A DNA stretch of 64,000 bases from positions 4,672,001-4,736,000 of the forward strand of contig CP086569.2 of NCBI GenBank assembly GCA_009914755.4, read 5' to 3'. Made by a program: the position numbers and the translations under genes. This document shows, piece after piece, positions 11,932 to 23,870 of this stretch (the stretch's first letter is position 1; the number at the start of each line of letters is the position of its first letter). The notes under the pieces were generated by a model. That model was not told the DNA's origin. It saw nothing but the letters and a program-made list of their open reading frames with translations, and ran no database searches. This DNA comes from the human T2T-CHM13v2.0 reference genome, Homo sapiens.

Positions 11932-14900
11932 GCGAGATAAAAATTCTTGATAGAGAGCTTCCAGACTGCTGGTGGCAGGGAAGCAATCTGGTTAAGAGAT
12001 TCAGAAAGCAGAAAATTCTTTTTCTCTGCGCAAGCAGTCCACAACAGCCTTTAGCTAGGATTTATAAGATTCTTGGTGGAGCAAGGCGAGGCACATCGAC
12101 AAGGAGAGTTTATATAAGCCACTGGCCTTGAGGTACATTGAAAAAATATGTATGGCAGCCACGTTTTCTTAGTGGGAAAGAAAATTATTCAGGGAATGAA
12201 ATTTTGAAGGCTAATTCTCTCCAAGAATCTTGCTTCACATAATTTAAAGGAGGTGTCATCCCTGTATTTGTTCACTGAGGAGTCCACAAACTTTAATTAG
12301 TCACCTACTGTGCCAGACAATGTGCTAGGCTCTAGGAATACAAAAGAGAGTATGACAAACATGGCATGGGCCTCTTTGAGCCATGACACTCTTATAGATC
12401 TAGGATACGATGTGATAAATGATGTAATTGAACATAATGGAGAGAGGAATTAATTTTTGTTAAGAGGTTGAGAAGAGGTTCATAAAGGAGAGAGAGGTCT
12501 GTGGCTTTAAAAATAGTCATTCCTAGTCAGTGGCTAGCCAAGAAATGTATCTGGAAGGTCATGACCTGCACAGAATAAGTAAGGAAGGGCATGAGGGCTT
12601 GGTGTCTTGTTACAAAGTTTAGAGGTATATGTGTGTTTTGTAGACCTAGAACATCTTTGAATATTTTTTTCCAGCAAATTCGTTAAAGTAACAACAATAA
12701 AATAGCCTGAGAAAATTGGGCAATAGATAGCACACAGTAGAAATATTATTGTTGTTTGCATTTAAATGAAGAATTGAATACATTGATGTATTACAGTAGA
12801 GACTGGAAGCAAATATGTTAAGAAGATAATGTAACATCCAGAAAAGAGGACTAATGAAAGAATAGGGCCTAAAGCTAATCAGTATAACTAAGAAAGAAAA
12901 GAAGGCTACTTTGGGGAATAAAATTTCTCTTTAGGCACCATCATGTATCCACTCAGATCTTTTTACTCATCTCACTTTCCCCATCCAGACTTCGAAAAAT
13001 TCCCCATCTTCCATCTATCCAGTAAACTCCCTTTGTCCTGGGGAGACCCCCACTCCTTCAGCCACTTTCAAGCACATTCATCTTCACCTCACCCCATTTT
13101 CTACACACATCCCTGCATCATCTCTGAACCTTACATCATGTAACATTTTACCCACTTCAGCCTTCTTTCTACAACCAGTTAGAGCCTCTTAATCTTGTCT
13201 TTTTCCTCCCTTTAGGCACTAACAAATAGCTCTATCTTGCTTCTTTTTCCTCCTCTAAGTCAGGTATTCCCCGCCCCTTTCCCATGCATTAATTATCCTG
13301 CTAATTTGTCCATTCATTTCCCCCTTTTACATCCTCCTCCCCCTTAGCCACCTTGCATTCTCCTATCTTTCATTGACCTCAAAGAAGCTAAGGGGAAAGA
13401 AAAGCCACTCTACTTTAAACTTGCTTAGATTTGCCAAATTTTCATCATCAAGGTTTCTTCCTTTCTGTGTCTTTTGCTGTTTTAGTTCACACAAGACTTT
13501 TAGTGGAATTCCTTCAATTTGTTATATATTTTTATTATGCCTGCAAATGTCTGTTTTCCTTTGGTTGTGGCTGGGGATTCAAATATTTTACTTTGGGGAG
13601 TATTTCCAACCTTTCTGAAGTTCTCACTGACACACTCCTGACACTGTTTCGCTGCATCCCATCCTTTCTGCTGTATTCTCTTCCCATGGGTAATTCCTTT
13701 TATATTTTCAGTGAAATTCTTTCTTATTTTTATTCCCTCCTCCCCCCCTCCTCCTTTTTTTCTTTTTGCTTTGTGGGATTGGTACAGTGGCTCAAGTTTA
13801 AATATTTTGAGAAGGGACCCCCCTCAGCAGACCCCCTCAGCCCACACACAGGATTTTAAAGCCTGTGTCAACGTGTGTTCATGTCAACATACAGTTACCA
13901 ATCTTCAGAGGCAAAGGAACCCCTGTTTGTTTTATTTTAACTGCACTCTTAGAAAATTCTTTTTCTGTGTGTATGGTAAAGGTGCAATTCTCATATCGTT
14001 GTTCTCTCTACATTCAGTGGAATTGATTCAACATCGCTGGGAATTGGGAAGGGAAGAAAGAGTATGCTGTAAAAATACATTTTTCATCAAAGACATATAT
14101 ACATGTTACGTTTGGGAAAAATAAAATACTTGGGAACATTTAATTGGATTGACTTTATATTACAACATTCCAAATTACATGTCATTGTCTGAGCAGAGTT
14201 CTATTATTTGAAGACTTTATTGATCATTCAGTGTCCAGAATGAAGAAAACTAGGTAAGATGTCTTGATGTTCCAAACTGGCTTGCTATGTTCAAATTGAT
14301 CATATTTGAAATGGTGTTATTTTTCAATAGAAGTTCTTCACGAAGGCATCATCTCTAAAATGTGGTTATCTTTTCTTAGGAGAAAACATCAAATGACCTA
14401 TGTGTCATGGTCCCTTAAGATTTATTCTCTATGCAAGGTTAATTGTAAAATAAAAGTTTATCAGATAGAGAAAACTATTTTAGGGTGAAACTGTCTTTTG
14501 ATATTCAGTTACATCTGGGGAAACACTGCATTCTCATTATCAAACAGCACCAAAACGTGGGAAAAAGAGTATTTTTCAATTACTGTTTTGAATTTGAGGA
14601 GTAGTTTGCCAGAAATTATAGATGTACCTGTTATCCTTTTGCAATCTAAAAATCCTCAACTGTTCAAGGATTTAAACTGCCCTTTTAATTGTCTCTAATG
14701 TGTTATGCACTGGATTAATATAATACATTTTAAGACAAAGAACATCAGTGGCTACAATTTTTGTTTCCAGCCCAAATCTGAAAGAATGATTTTTGTACAC
14801 CTAATCTGCTCATCTTGAACGTGTAGATTTGGGTAAATAGGAGGAAAGATAAATGAAAGGAGAGAATAAATTCTGGAAGAATATATTTCTCTGTTCAATA

Positions 14901-15224
14901 AAAACTGTTTTAATAATCTAATATAACTTTTAGCATGACAATGATAAAATTAATTTGCTGATGGATTTTAATTAAACTAAAGGAAAATTCATTTCTTTTA
15001 AAAATCCTTAAGTGATTAGAGTGCAAATTGAGATTTTAGCTAATTATATAATTCAGTTACTATCATCACATAAAATGAAATTAAAAGATTGTTTTCTGTC
15101 ACCTTTATTTTGATTCATTCTTTAACTCCTTCAATATGTATAGTATTTTATATTTTTATATCATTTAAAAAGTTATATTAGGATCATAAAAATTTTTTGA
15201 GTAGAAAAAGAAGGCATGGTTATA

Positions 15225-15290
15225 CCCATTTTGTCAATGGGGAGACTGAAGTTCCCGCTGATGAAATCAGCTCCCTAAGAATTTCCAGAA
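15225..15290 (-). mobile_element. MIR SINE fragment (core region), antisense
   Basis: 'ccattttgtcaatggggagactgaagttcc' resembles the MIR core reverse complement 'ccccattttacagatgaggaaactgaggctc'. Confidence 0.45.
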
Positions 15291-16022
15291 TTAAGAGGGG
15301 AAGCTTCAAGAGGATTGATGGTCTTTAGTCTCCAAGCCAGGTCTTTTCCCAACATCCCTTCTTGCCTCTTTTTTATTTTTGAGTATATGTTGTCAAAGTT
15401 CTGAATGTAAAAAGCAAAAATCTATGTGTCTTGGATTAAAAAATAAAATTTCAAAGACAAGTATATTCAAATATATTAAAATAAGTTTTTCAGTTAATTT
15501 TCTACTAGCATTATATTCTCCTATTTAGTGTCTTTTTGCACTAAGCTTTGTAAACATTATATGATATTAAATAAAATGGTAGAACTATTGAAATGTTAAC
15601 AGTACATGCTTATATGCTTCTTCCATTTTGTTTACAAAAATAATTTAAATTATGACCCATCATAATGACAGTCCCTAAAGTTTGAGTTTACTTAATGTAG
15701 CAAATGTTTAGTCCTATATCCTACTATCCTACTGTCATTTTTTTAGAACACCTGTATTTTTACATAAGATTTATTTTAGGGGATGTTTGCCAATGATTTT
15801 TAGGTAGTGTTTTTTTTCCTGACATGACATTTTGGAAGCAACATATCTTTGGTAATCAGTTGAGTGTGGGTTTGTATCATATCAACCGAAAGGATATTAA
15901 GCCCCCAAAATTCAAATCGTTGTTTGTTGTCTTCAGATTACAAACTCATTTCAGGTACAGTGAGAGCAGGGGTTTATTTAAATTGTGTGAACACAAGGTC
16001 TTTTATGATTTATGTTTTATTA

Positions 16023-16130
16023 GTGTCTAGAGAGTGACCTTGGGCAAAAACCTTCACCTCCCTGGACTTCAATTTCCCCAAAAGTAAAATGAAGGAATTG
16101 TAAGTTACTTCAAGGCCCTTTGCAAAGGGA
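16023..16130 (+). mobile_element. MIR SINE fragment
   Basis: 'gtgaccttgggcaaaaaccttcacctccctggacttcaatttccccaaaagtaaaatgaagg' versus MIR 'tgaccttgggcaagtcacttaacctctctgagcctcagtttcctcatctgtaaaatgggg'. Confidence 0.6.
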
Positions 16131-16365
16131 AAAAAAAATCCTGTGATATTTTACAAAAAGCAGTAGACATCTAGGACATTCTTTCCTTGTCCCTTGGCTC
16201 TGCACGTATTATCAATTTGACTGTATTGATTCATTAACCATCAATAACTAAAAACCTATGGCTTGTCCAGCATTGCAATACTTTAAATGTTAAGGGTGGC
16301 CCTTAAAGAAATTTTGGAGAGTTCTGTCTTTGAAAAGCTTATATTCTAATAGGGCTAAAACAATG

Positions 16366-16382
16366 AACAACAACAACAACAA
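16366..16382. repeat. (CAA)n microsatellite
   Basis: 'caacaacaacaacaa'. It encodes the NNNNN run in ORF 16330-16554. Confidence 0.9.
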
Positions 16383-16499
16383 AGTAATATATAGTCACAT
16401 TAAATTGAATTCAACAAATATTCGTTGTCACTCTACATTACAGTACACCAAGTATAGTGCAGGTTTTATAGACTCTGAAAGTGGAAGGGACCGGAAAGA

Positions 16500-16580
16500 T
16501 AATTTAGTCCAAACCCCTCATTTTACAGATAAGAAAAGGAAGGCTCAGAGATGAGATATGAGTGCTACAGGAGTTCATGT
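16500..16580 (-). mobile_element. MIR SINE fragment, antisense
   Basis: 'cccctcattttacagataagaaaaggaaggctcagagatg' resembles the MIR reverse complement 'ccccattttacagatgaggaaactgaggctcagagagg'. Confidence 0.5.
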
Positions 16581-17440
16581 AAGGTATTGGGTGATAGCAT
16601 GAATTAATTTATTCCACAAACATACTTGTTCCCTGCTTTCCAACGTGTTTAGAATTTTAAAACACCATCATGTAGGGCTTTTTAATTACCTTTGCTCAAA
16701 TTTAATAATAGTATCTTATCAGAAAGTTAAATGTATCCAAAACTTGTTTGTTTTTTGTTGCAGTAAACAATTTCCCACTCTGACTCAGATCTAGAAAATA
16801 CTGTTTCCCAAATTTTGTATTGAATAGAGATTATTAAAAGCACCTGTATTGTGCATATTATGTTATAAAACATAAAAAATGATGTTTTGATATGGAAAAC
16901 AAGTGAATGGATTCAAGTATCAATGCATTATTTTATTTTTTTAAAAAAATGACTGGAAAAGCCCATTTACTTAAAATGGCTAGAAATATACATTCCTGGA
17001 AGGATGGTTTTATTTTTATAAATGCATATTTACTCTAAATAGTTAAGTACACATTTCCTTTAAGTTTTAAATATAATCTGGGGAAGATTTTGAGTGCATT
17101 CTCTAAAATTTGATGTTTGCTACATAATCTCATTCTCTATGCCAGGGCATATGTGCGTTTGTTAGGGAGTATGGGTCAGGCAAACGTAGGCAGGAAAATT
17201 ATGCCAAAGCAAAGCTTTCCCTTCTTTCCTGAGTAATCGTAGACTGCTTTATTTTACTTTGTGACAGAGGAAGAGGGGAGGAGAAAGGAAATCAAATAGA
17301 GAAGAAAGAGAACTACCAGAGCGTTGGATGATAGGGCCTGATTTTCTCTTCAGTGTGAAATATGGAAGCTTTTTGAAACTGCCTTGGATAGCTTGTCTCT
17401 TTTACTTCTCATATTATATATTTAGAATACCTTAAGTGTT

Positions 17441-17768
<328 letters not shown>

Positions 17769-18371
17769 TTATTTGATGGTTGTTTGCTAGGTTGTGAGAA
17801 TCAAAATCTTCCAAAACATGAATACATTAAATTTTTTTAAAGAGAGGCTTAAGAATAGGTAATACACACACCAAACACACAAACAGGACAAAACCTTTAC
17901 ATGAGAGCTCCTCAGGCAGAATTTCCTTTGCCTTTCTTTTTAGATCGGGAAAGAATTTGCTCAGTTTGTCAGTGACGTTTTACCCTTCAGTCTGCCTCCA
18001 CAGTTCTTAAAGCTTTCCTTGTCTGCAGCCTTTCTTAGTCCATGAATTCAGTTTTAGCATCCATAAAATAAAGCAGTTACAATATGTGCTGGCCATTTTA
18101 TAATGGCCATGAGTGCAAAGCAGGATTACTTAAGAAAGAGCATTTGAATTCACTGAAAGTCACAGACATTCTGAATGCCTCAGAACTGCATACAGGAGTA
18201 AACAGATATGGGAATATAAGGCTAATGTTCAAAACTTGGATAGCTGGCATATATAACAGAATCAAAACACTTTAGAAAGAAATAGAACCAATATACAATT
18301 ACTAATCAATCAGCATCACTGCTAACGACTTGTTATTTTAAACTCCAGTTTCTAGGAAATTACATTCTATT

Positions 18372-18530
18372 CCTGTGCTTCTCAAACTATAATGTGCAGA
18401 CAGATCATCTAGAAATGTTAAAATGCAGATTCTGATTCAGTAGATTCTAGGTGAGGCTGAAATTCTGCATTTCTAACAAGCTCCCTGTACACATGGAAGC
18501 TGCTGCCCCTCAAACTACAGTTATCCAAAA
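18372..18530. mobile_element. MER5A-type hAT-Charlie non-autonomous DNA-transposon relic
   Basis: 'gtgcttctcaaactataatgtgca...gaaatgttaaaatgcagattctgattcagtagattctaggtgaggctgaaattctgcatttctaacaagctccc' versus the MER5A consensus '...gttctcaaagtgtggtcc...ttagaaatgcaaattctcaggccccaccccagacctactgaatcagaaactctggg...atctgtgttttaacaagccctcc'. Confidence 0.7.
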
Positions 18531-19721
18531 GGCGCTGATCCATAGTCTGGTAAACAAGCATGATAAAGATGAAGTAAGCCAAGGGTAACAGGATTTCTTA
18601 AAAGAAAAAAGAAACAATTTAGGTATGTGCAATGGATGAAAGTTTTAAATTCAACTAGATTTACAATTATTTGCATTTAGAGGTTAAATTTGATTTTAAC
18701 CTTTGGTGTGACTATATTGGTTGAAACTGTAGTTCAGAATAACAACCAGTTGCTTGTCCATTTTGCAGTCAAATCTATTTCATGGACACTTTGTACATAC
18801 GATTATACCATTTCAAAAATGAAAACCATTCGTCATACAGTGTCAATGGTGTACCAATATCTTAAAATCTTTTTAAAGAAATCCAAAAGCTGTGAGAAGT
18901 CTTAGTATAGTATAGACCCCTAAAGATATTGGTTTGTAAAATATCAGAATTGAACATATCAGCTAATCATTCAGATTTTAGAGTGGAATATCCAATTAGA
19001 TTTTCATTTACCTAATTTGAAGAACTTCTTTTTATTTTCTTATTAGTCACATTTTGCAGAACAACAACAGCAACAACGAAAGACACTTGGTAGAGATTAT
19101 TTTGTATTTGCTGTCTCAAAATAAAAGTCCTCAAAGTGGGAACAAAGGTAAATTAGACACCATGCTAACCACTTTCCTCACAACTAGACTTTTATCTTAG
19201 AATACAGCCGAATAGTCACTTAATCTAAGTGAAACTTTCATTCATTATTAGTTTAGGAAAACTTTCATAGTTCTCATTTCTTTATGTGCAGCTCAGAAAC
19301 AGTATCAAGTTAAAACACATGACATTGAAAGCAACCATTGAAATAAGTGTAAATGTTTAAATTGTGCTTGCTAGGAGACACGGTATAGTTCTAGCAGGGT
19401 TAGGAAAACAACTGAAAGTTTTCACTTCAGCGTTGGAATTCATGTCTTAATTGTACCATTGAGATTCAGAAGCCATCACCTTCCCGATGAAACTGTACTA
19501 GTCTTTTCTAAGCTCTGATACTTACAGGAACAGCAAAGTCTGTTTAGTGGTAATAATTTGAGGATCTCAGTGAGATAAAGGGCCAATTGGATTAAAATGT
19601 TCTTGTAAGTGCTAAATGAACTTGAGTGTCTGCCAAAATTGCCTTGGATTTCATTACTCTTAACATTACTTAATAATGTTAAGCTAGCGCCCACGTGGGT
19701 ATGAACCCCAATCTTGCTAAC

Positions 19722-20110
19722 AGTTTTCTGTATTGGTCTGTTCTTGCATTGCTATAAAGAACTACCTGAGACTGGGTAATTTATAAAGAAAAAAGGTTTA
19801 ACTGACTCACAGTTCTACAGGCTGTATAGGAAGCATGGCTAGGGGAGGCCTCAGGAAACTGACAATCATGGCAGAAGGCTAAGAGGAAGGAGTCACGTCT
19901 TATATGGCCAAAGCAGGAGGAAGACGGAGCAGGTGCAGGTGCCACACACTTTTAAACAACCAGAACTCGTGAGAACTCACTCACTATCACAAGAACAGCA
20001 AGGGGAAAATCCACCCCCATGATCCTATCACCTTCCACCAGGCCCCTCCTTCAACACTGGGGATTAAAACTGGACCTGAGATTTGGGTAGGGACCCGAAT
20101 CCAAACCATA
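19722..20110. mobile_element. Copy of a high-copy primate interspersed repeat family, name not assigned
   Basis: I recognise the family signature 'attgctataaagaa.tacctgagactgggtaatttataaagaaa..ggtttaa.tg.ctcacagttc..caggctgta.aggaagcatggct.gggaggcctcaggaaact.acaatcatggcagaagg...cacacacttttaaacaaccaga.ctcgtgagaactcactcactatcac.agaacagcaagggg' from many human loci, but I cannot recall its RepeatMasker name. Confidence 0.5.
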
Positions 20111-20186
20111 CCATTTAAGCATAGACTGTTTCCATGTACCTAATGGGGCACGTATAGCAGCCAAAATACCCTATATCATTTTAGGG

Positions 20187-20207
20187 TTTTTTTTTTTTTT
20201 TTTTTTT
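20187..20207. repeat. Poly(T) tract, 21 nt
   Basis: Homopolymer. It may be the orphaned tail of an old retroposon. Confidence 0.8.
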
Positions 20208-20337
20208 GAGAGGGAAAATCCAAAATATACAAAAAGGAAAAGAAATATAAGAATCAAGACAAAATAAACAGATAGCAAAACATCTTCATACTCTATTATC
20301 AAAGAATAGAGAAGAAAACTTACTCTATGGTAAATAG

Positions 20338-20653
<316 letters not shown>

Positions 20654-23265
20654 TCATGTTTTAAGACAATGAGAAACAATTGAGTTAATTTACAATGGCA
20701 TTAAAATAAAAAATCATATGTAATTAAATACATGCCAAAAATCAGACTATCTCAGACTCATAACTGGAAAAAATATGAAATAATTTCTTGGCCTGATCCA
20801 GCAAATATTAGAATGGTTCAAAATATTAAACAAAATAATGATGTCAGACTATTCCAATTCAGTTTCATAACTTTAAGTCATTTATATTTCCAGCTTCAGA
20901 ATCAATTTGAGTAGATCTTAGAATGAGTTTAATTACAGGAAAATATTACATAACTGGATGAAATTTTAATCATAAATCACAGACTTGAAGAATAGATTTT
21001 AAAGAGATGGCAGTGAAGGTTGAGCAATATTAGCCAGAAGACAATACTGTATAATACATACTAAATGTCTAAGTACTTACAATTGCTAATAATATGATAG
21101 GATCACAAAAGAATTAGTAAGAACTTTAAAGGAAATGGATTAATTATATTCATTAGAAAAAAAATTACAATTCTCAGTTACAATTAGGTTCCAGGATAAG
21201 GACTGACAACTCAAATAAGCATCATGATTCAGAGAAATGGAAGACACTTTGAGAACATGATATACAGTATTTCCTTTACAATATCATTACACTTTTTATA
21301 TTTTTATATCCTATGCCAATGATAGCAACTATTAGGTCGAAGCAAAAATAATTGTGGGTTTTCCCATTAATAGATCACCCAAGAACATGCTTTGGTTGTA
21401 ACTGAAACTACTAAGTTTTTGAAACAGGTAAACTAAAAATCAAAGCAGATTTATCATGAAACTTAACACAAAAACTAAACAAAATACTGGAAATAGCACT
21501 TTGCAGTAACTACTAAAAGCAATATCACTAATATCACAGATTTTACTATGTAAATAATTACATTATCACTTTTAAATTGCTTTCATTGCATTTTAGGGTA
21601 CTCTGGCAGATTTTTTTTCATCTGAATCTCACAACAGTTCTGTGAAACAGGTATTGCATATATTATATATTTTTAACATATGAGGAAAGAGGCAAGACAA
21701 ATTTTTCTATTCTTAAAATCACATACCTTTTAGGTGTCAGAGACAATAATAGATCCTTGTTCTTATCCCTGGAATAATATTTGTTTTATCAGCTAATATA
21801 TGCACCAATTTATTAGGTTCAAATATAATTAAGGATATATATTAAATAACAATTTAGAATATATTATATTTACTTTTTTAGAAGTTTTAAATTTGTACTA
21901 CAGAGTTTCAGTGAGCACTTATTGAATCTTATTCGGCAAAACTATTGTAATATCCCTGGCTTTAGTAATTTAAAACATGTATTAACATAACTATACAATT
22001 ATACAGTAGTCAATAGTGGACTAGGAAATAAGGATGTTATCAGATTGAACAAGAAAGGAATACTAAGTTGGAAAACAAGTTAGGATTTGGTTCTATTTTC
22101 AAATAATTTCGGAAACCAGAGTCAAACTTCAAAGGATTGTCTTCTCTGTGAAGATAAAAATATTTGAAATAATAGGTCTAGAGGGAGAGTATTTGGGAGC
22201 AAAAAGGAAAATTATGGCTATGGGTTGGCTCAGATATAGACTGTTAATAATACACTAAGGTGTATTACTCTGGCTAAGTACTGGTAATGCTTGATCACAG
22301 AACTTTGGTAGGTTTCAAGTTTCTAATTTTATTTGAATTACATTCAAGCATTTCCGTAATAGAGTTCTGTAATAGTAGTTAACCATGTGGGGTGAATAGG
22401 TTTATCCACTGAGCTCATACTTTGTTTTCCATTGGAAGAACTAGATTATTAGAAACTATTACAAAAATATATTTTGCTGTTAGAGAAGCAAACCCTGTTT
22501 AGTTTCTTTAGTGAATACCATGAGTTAATTAGTAGACTTAAAAATATAAATGATGACACATATTGTGCTGAAGTGCCACCGAATATAAGAAAAACACTAT
22601 CCTTTTTGTAAAGTTTCCTTAAAACTACAGTTCTACATAAAGGTGATATTTATTCGTGAATGTTTTCTTGAAAGAAGCCTTTACATATAACCATTTAACA
22701 CTTCAAACAACCCTGCGGATTAGCTGGAGCAGACATTTTTAGCCTCCCTTTCTTTTGTCCATTTCTGTTTTTCAAATGAAGAATTGAGCTACTAGTCCAG
22801 ATTAGCTAAATGGCTTGCCTAAAGTCATCGTCAATTTAGTTAGGAGTAACTTAAGATTCCATGAGCTTTTCACCATTGCCATGTAGACTGAGTTACTGGT
22901 GGTAGATAATTTAACCTAGGAATTATGTAGTGATTTGAGATTTTTAATAAAGGAAGGAAAAGAGAGGAAATGTTTCTCAGATATAGAATCTAGGTTAGGG
23001 ATAACATTTCTTTGCAGAAAAAAATACAAATTGTGATGAGATATTCAGATTCTACTGAATTAGCAATACACTGAGGTAAATCATGACTAGCAACGTTTTG
23101 ATGAAAATATACTTGTTTGCTGTTGGGGTATTCATTCTGTTCTCATTATTAGTGGCTCCAAATGAAGAAAGTAGGAATTATTGTAGTGAAATGCATGTCC
23201 CTAGGCATTCTATAATAACCTGGAATTTCTAGTTTATTTGATTTTCCTGTTTTTACTTAGGAAGG

Positions 23266-23623
23266 TGATATGGTTTGGCTCTGTGTCCCCACCCAAATCT
23301 CAGCTTGTAGCTCCTATAATTCCCACGTGTTGTGGGAGGGACCTGGTTGGGGATGATTGAATCATAGGGGCGGGTTTTTCTATGCTGTTCTCATGATAGT
23401 GAATGGGTATCATGATATCTGATGGTTTTAAAAATGGGAGTTTCTCTGCACAACCTCTTTCTTTGCCTGCTGCCATCTATATAAGATGTGACTGGCTCCT
23501 CCTTGCCATCTGCCATGATTGTGAGGCTTCCCCAGCTACGTGGAACTGTGAGTTCTCCATTAAACCTCTTTCCTTTGTAAATTGCCCAGTCTTGGGTATA
23601 TCTTTATCAGCAATGTGAAAACA
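23266..23623 (+). mobile_element. Solo THE1 (ERVL-MaLR) LTR flanked by a 5-bp TSD 'gaagg' at 23261-23265 and 23624-23628
   Basis: It starts 'tgatatggtttggctctgtgtccccacccaaatctca...tcccacgtgttgtgggagggacc' and ends '...gaaaacagactgataca', matching the THE1 LTR consensus termini 'TGATATGGTTTGGCTGTGTCCCCACCCAAATCTCA ... AGACTAATACA'. It is about 358 bp long. Confidence 0.8.
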
Positions 23624-23777
23624 GACTGATACAGAAGGTCATTTCTGATATTTTTTTGTCTTTGTGCATAACTTGTGCTCTTTTGGAAGTAACTTAAAAC
23701 ACAAATACTGTTTAACTATGAGCTATGAACAGTTACACCTACTGACTTAACGTGTGTTTTCCAGAAGGTTCCATTCC

Positions 23778-23870
23778 CTTTGAAGTGACTTGCCCAAGGT
23801 CACAAAAGCAACTTAGTGGCAGTCTGAAATAGAATTTAGGTCTGCTTGGTCAGTGTGCTTTTCACTATAT
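23778..23870 (-). mobile_element. MIR SINE fragment, antisense
   Basis: 'gtgacttgcccaaggtcacaaaagcaacttagtggcagtctgaaatagaatttaggtctgc' versus the MIR reverse complement 'gtgacttgcccaaggtcacacagctagtaagtggcagagccaggattcgaacccaggtctg'. Confidence 0.65.
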
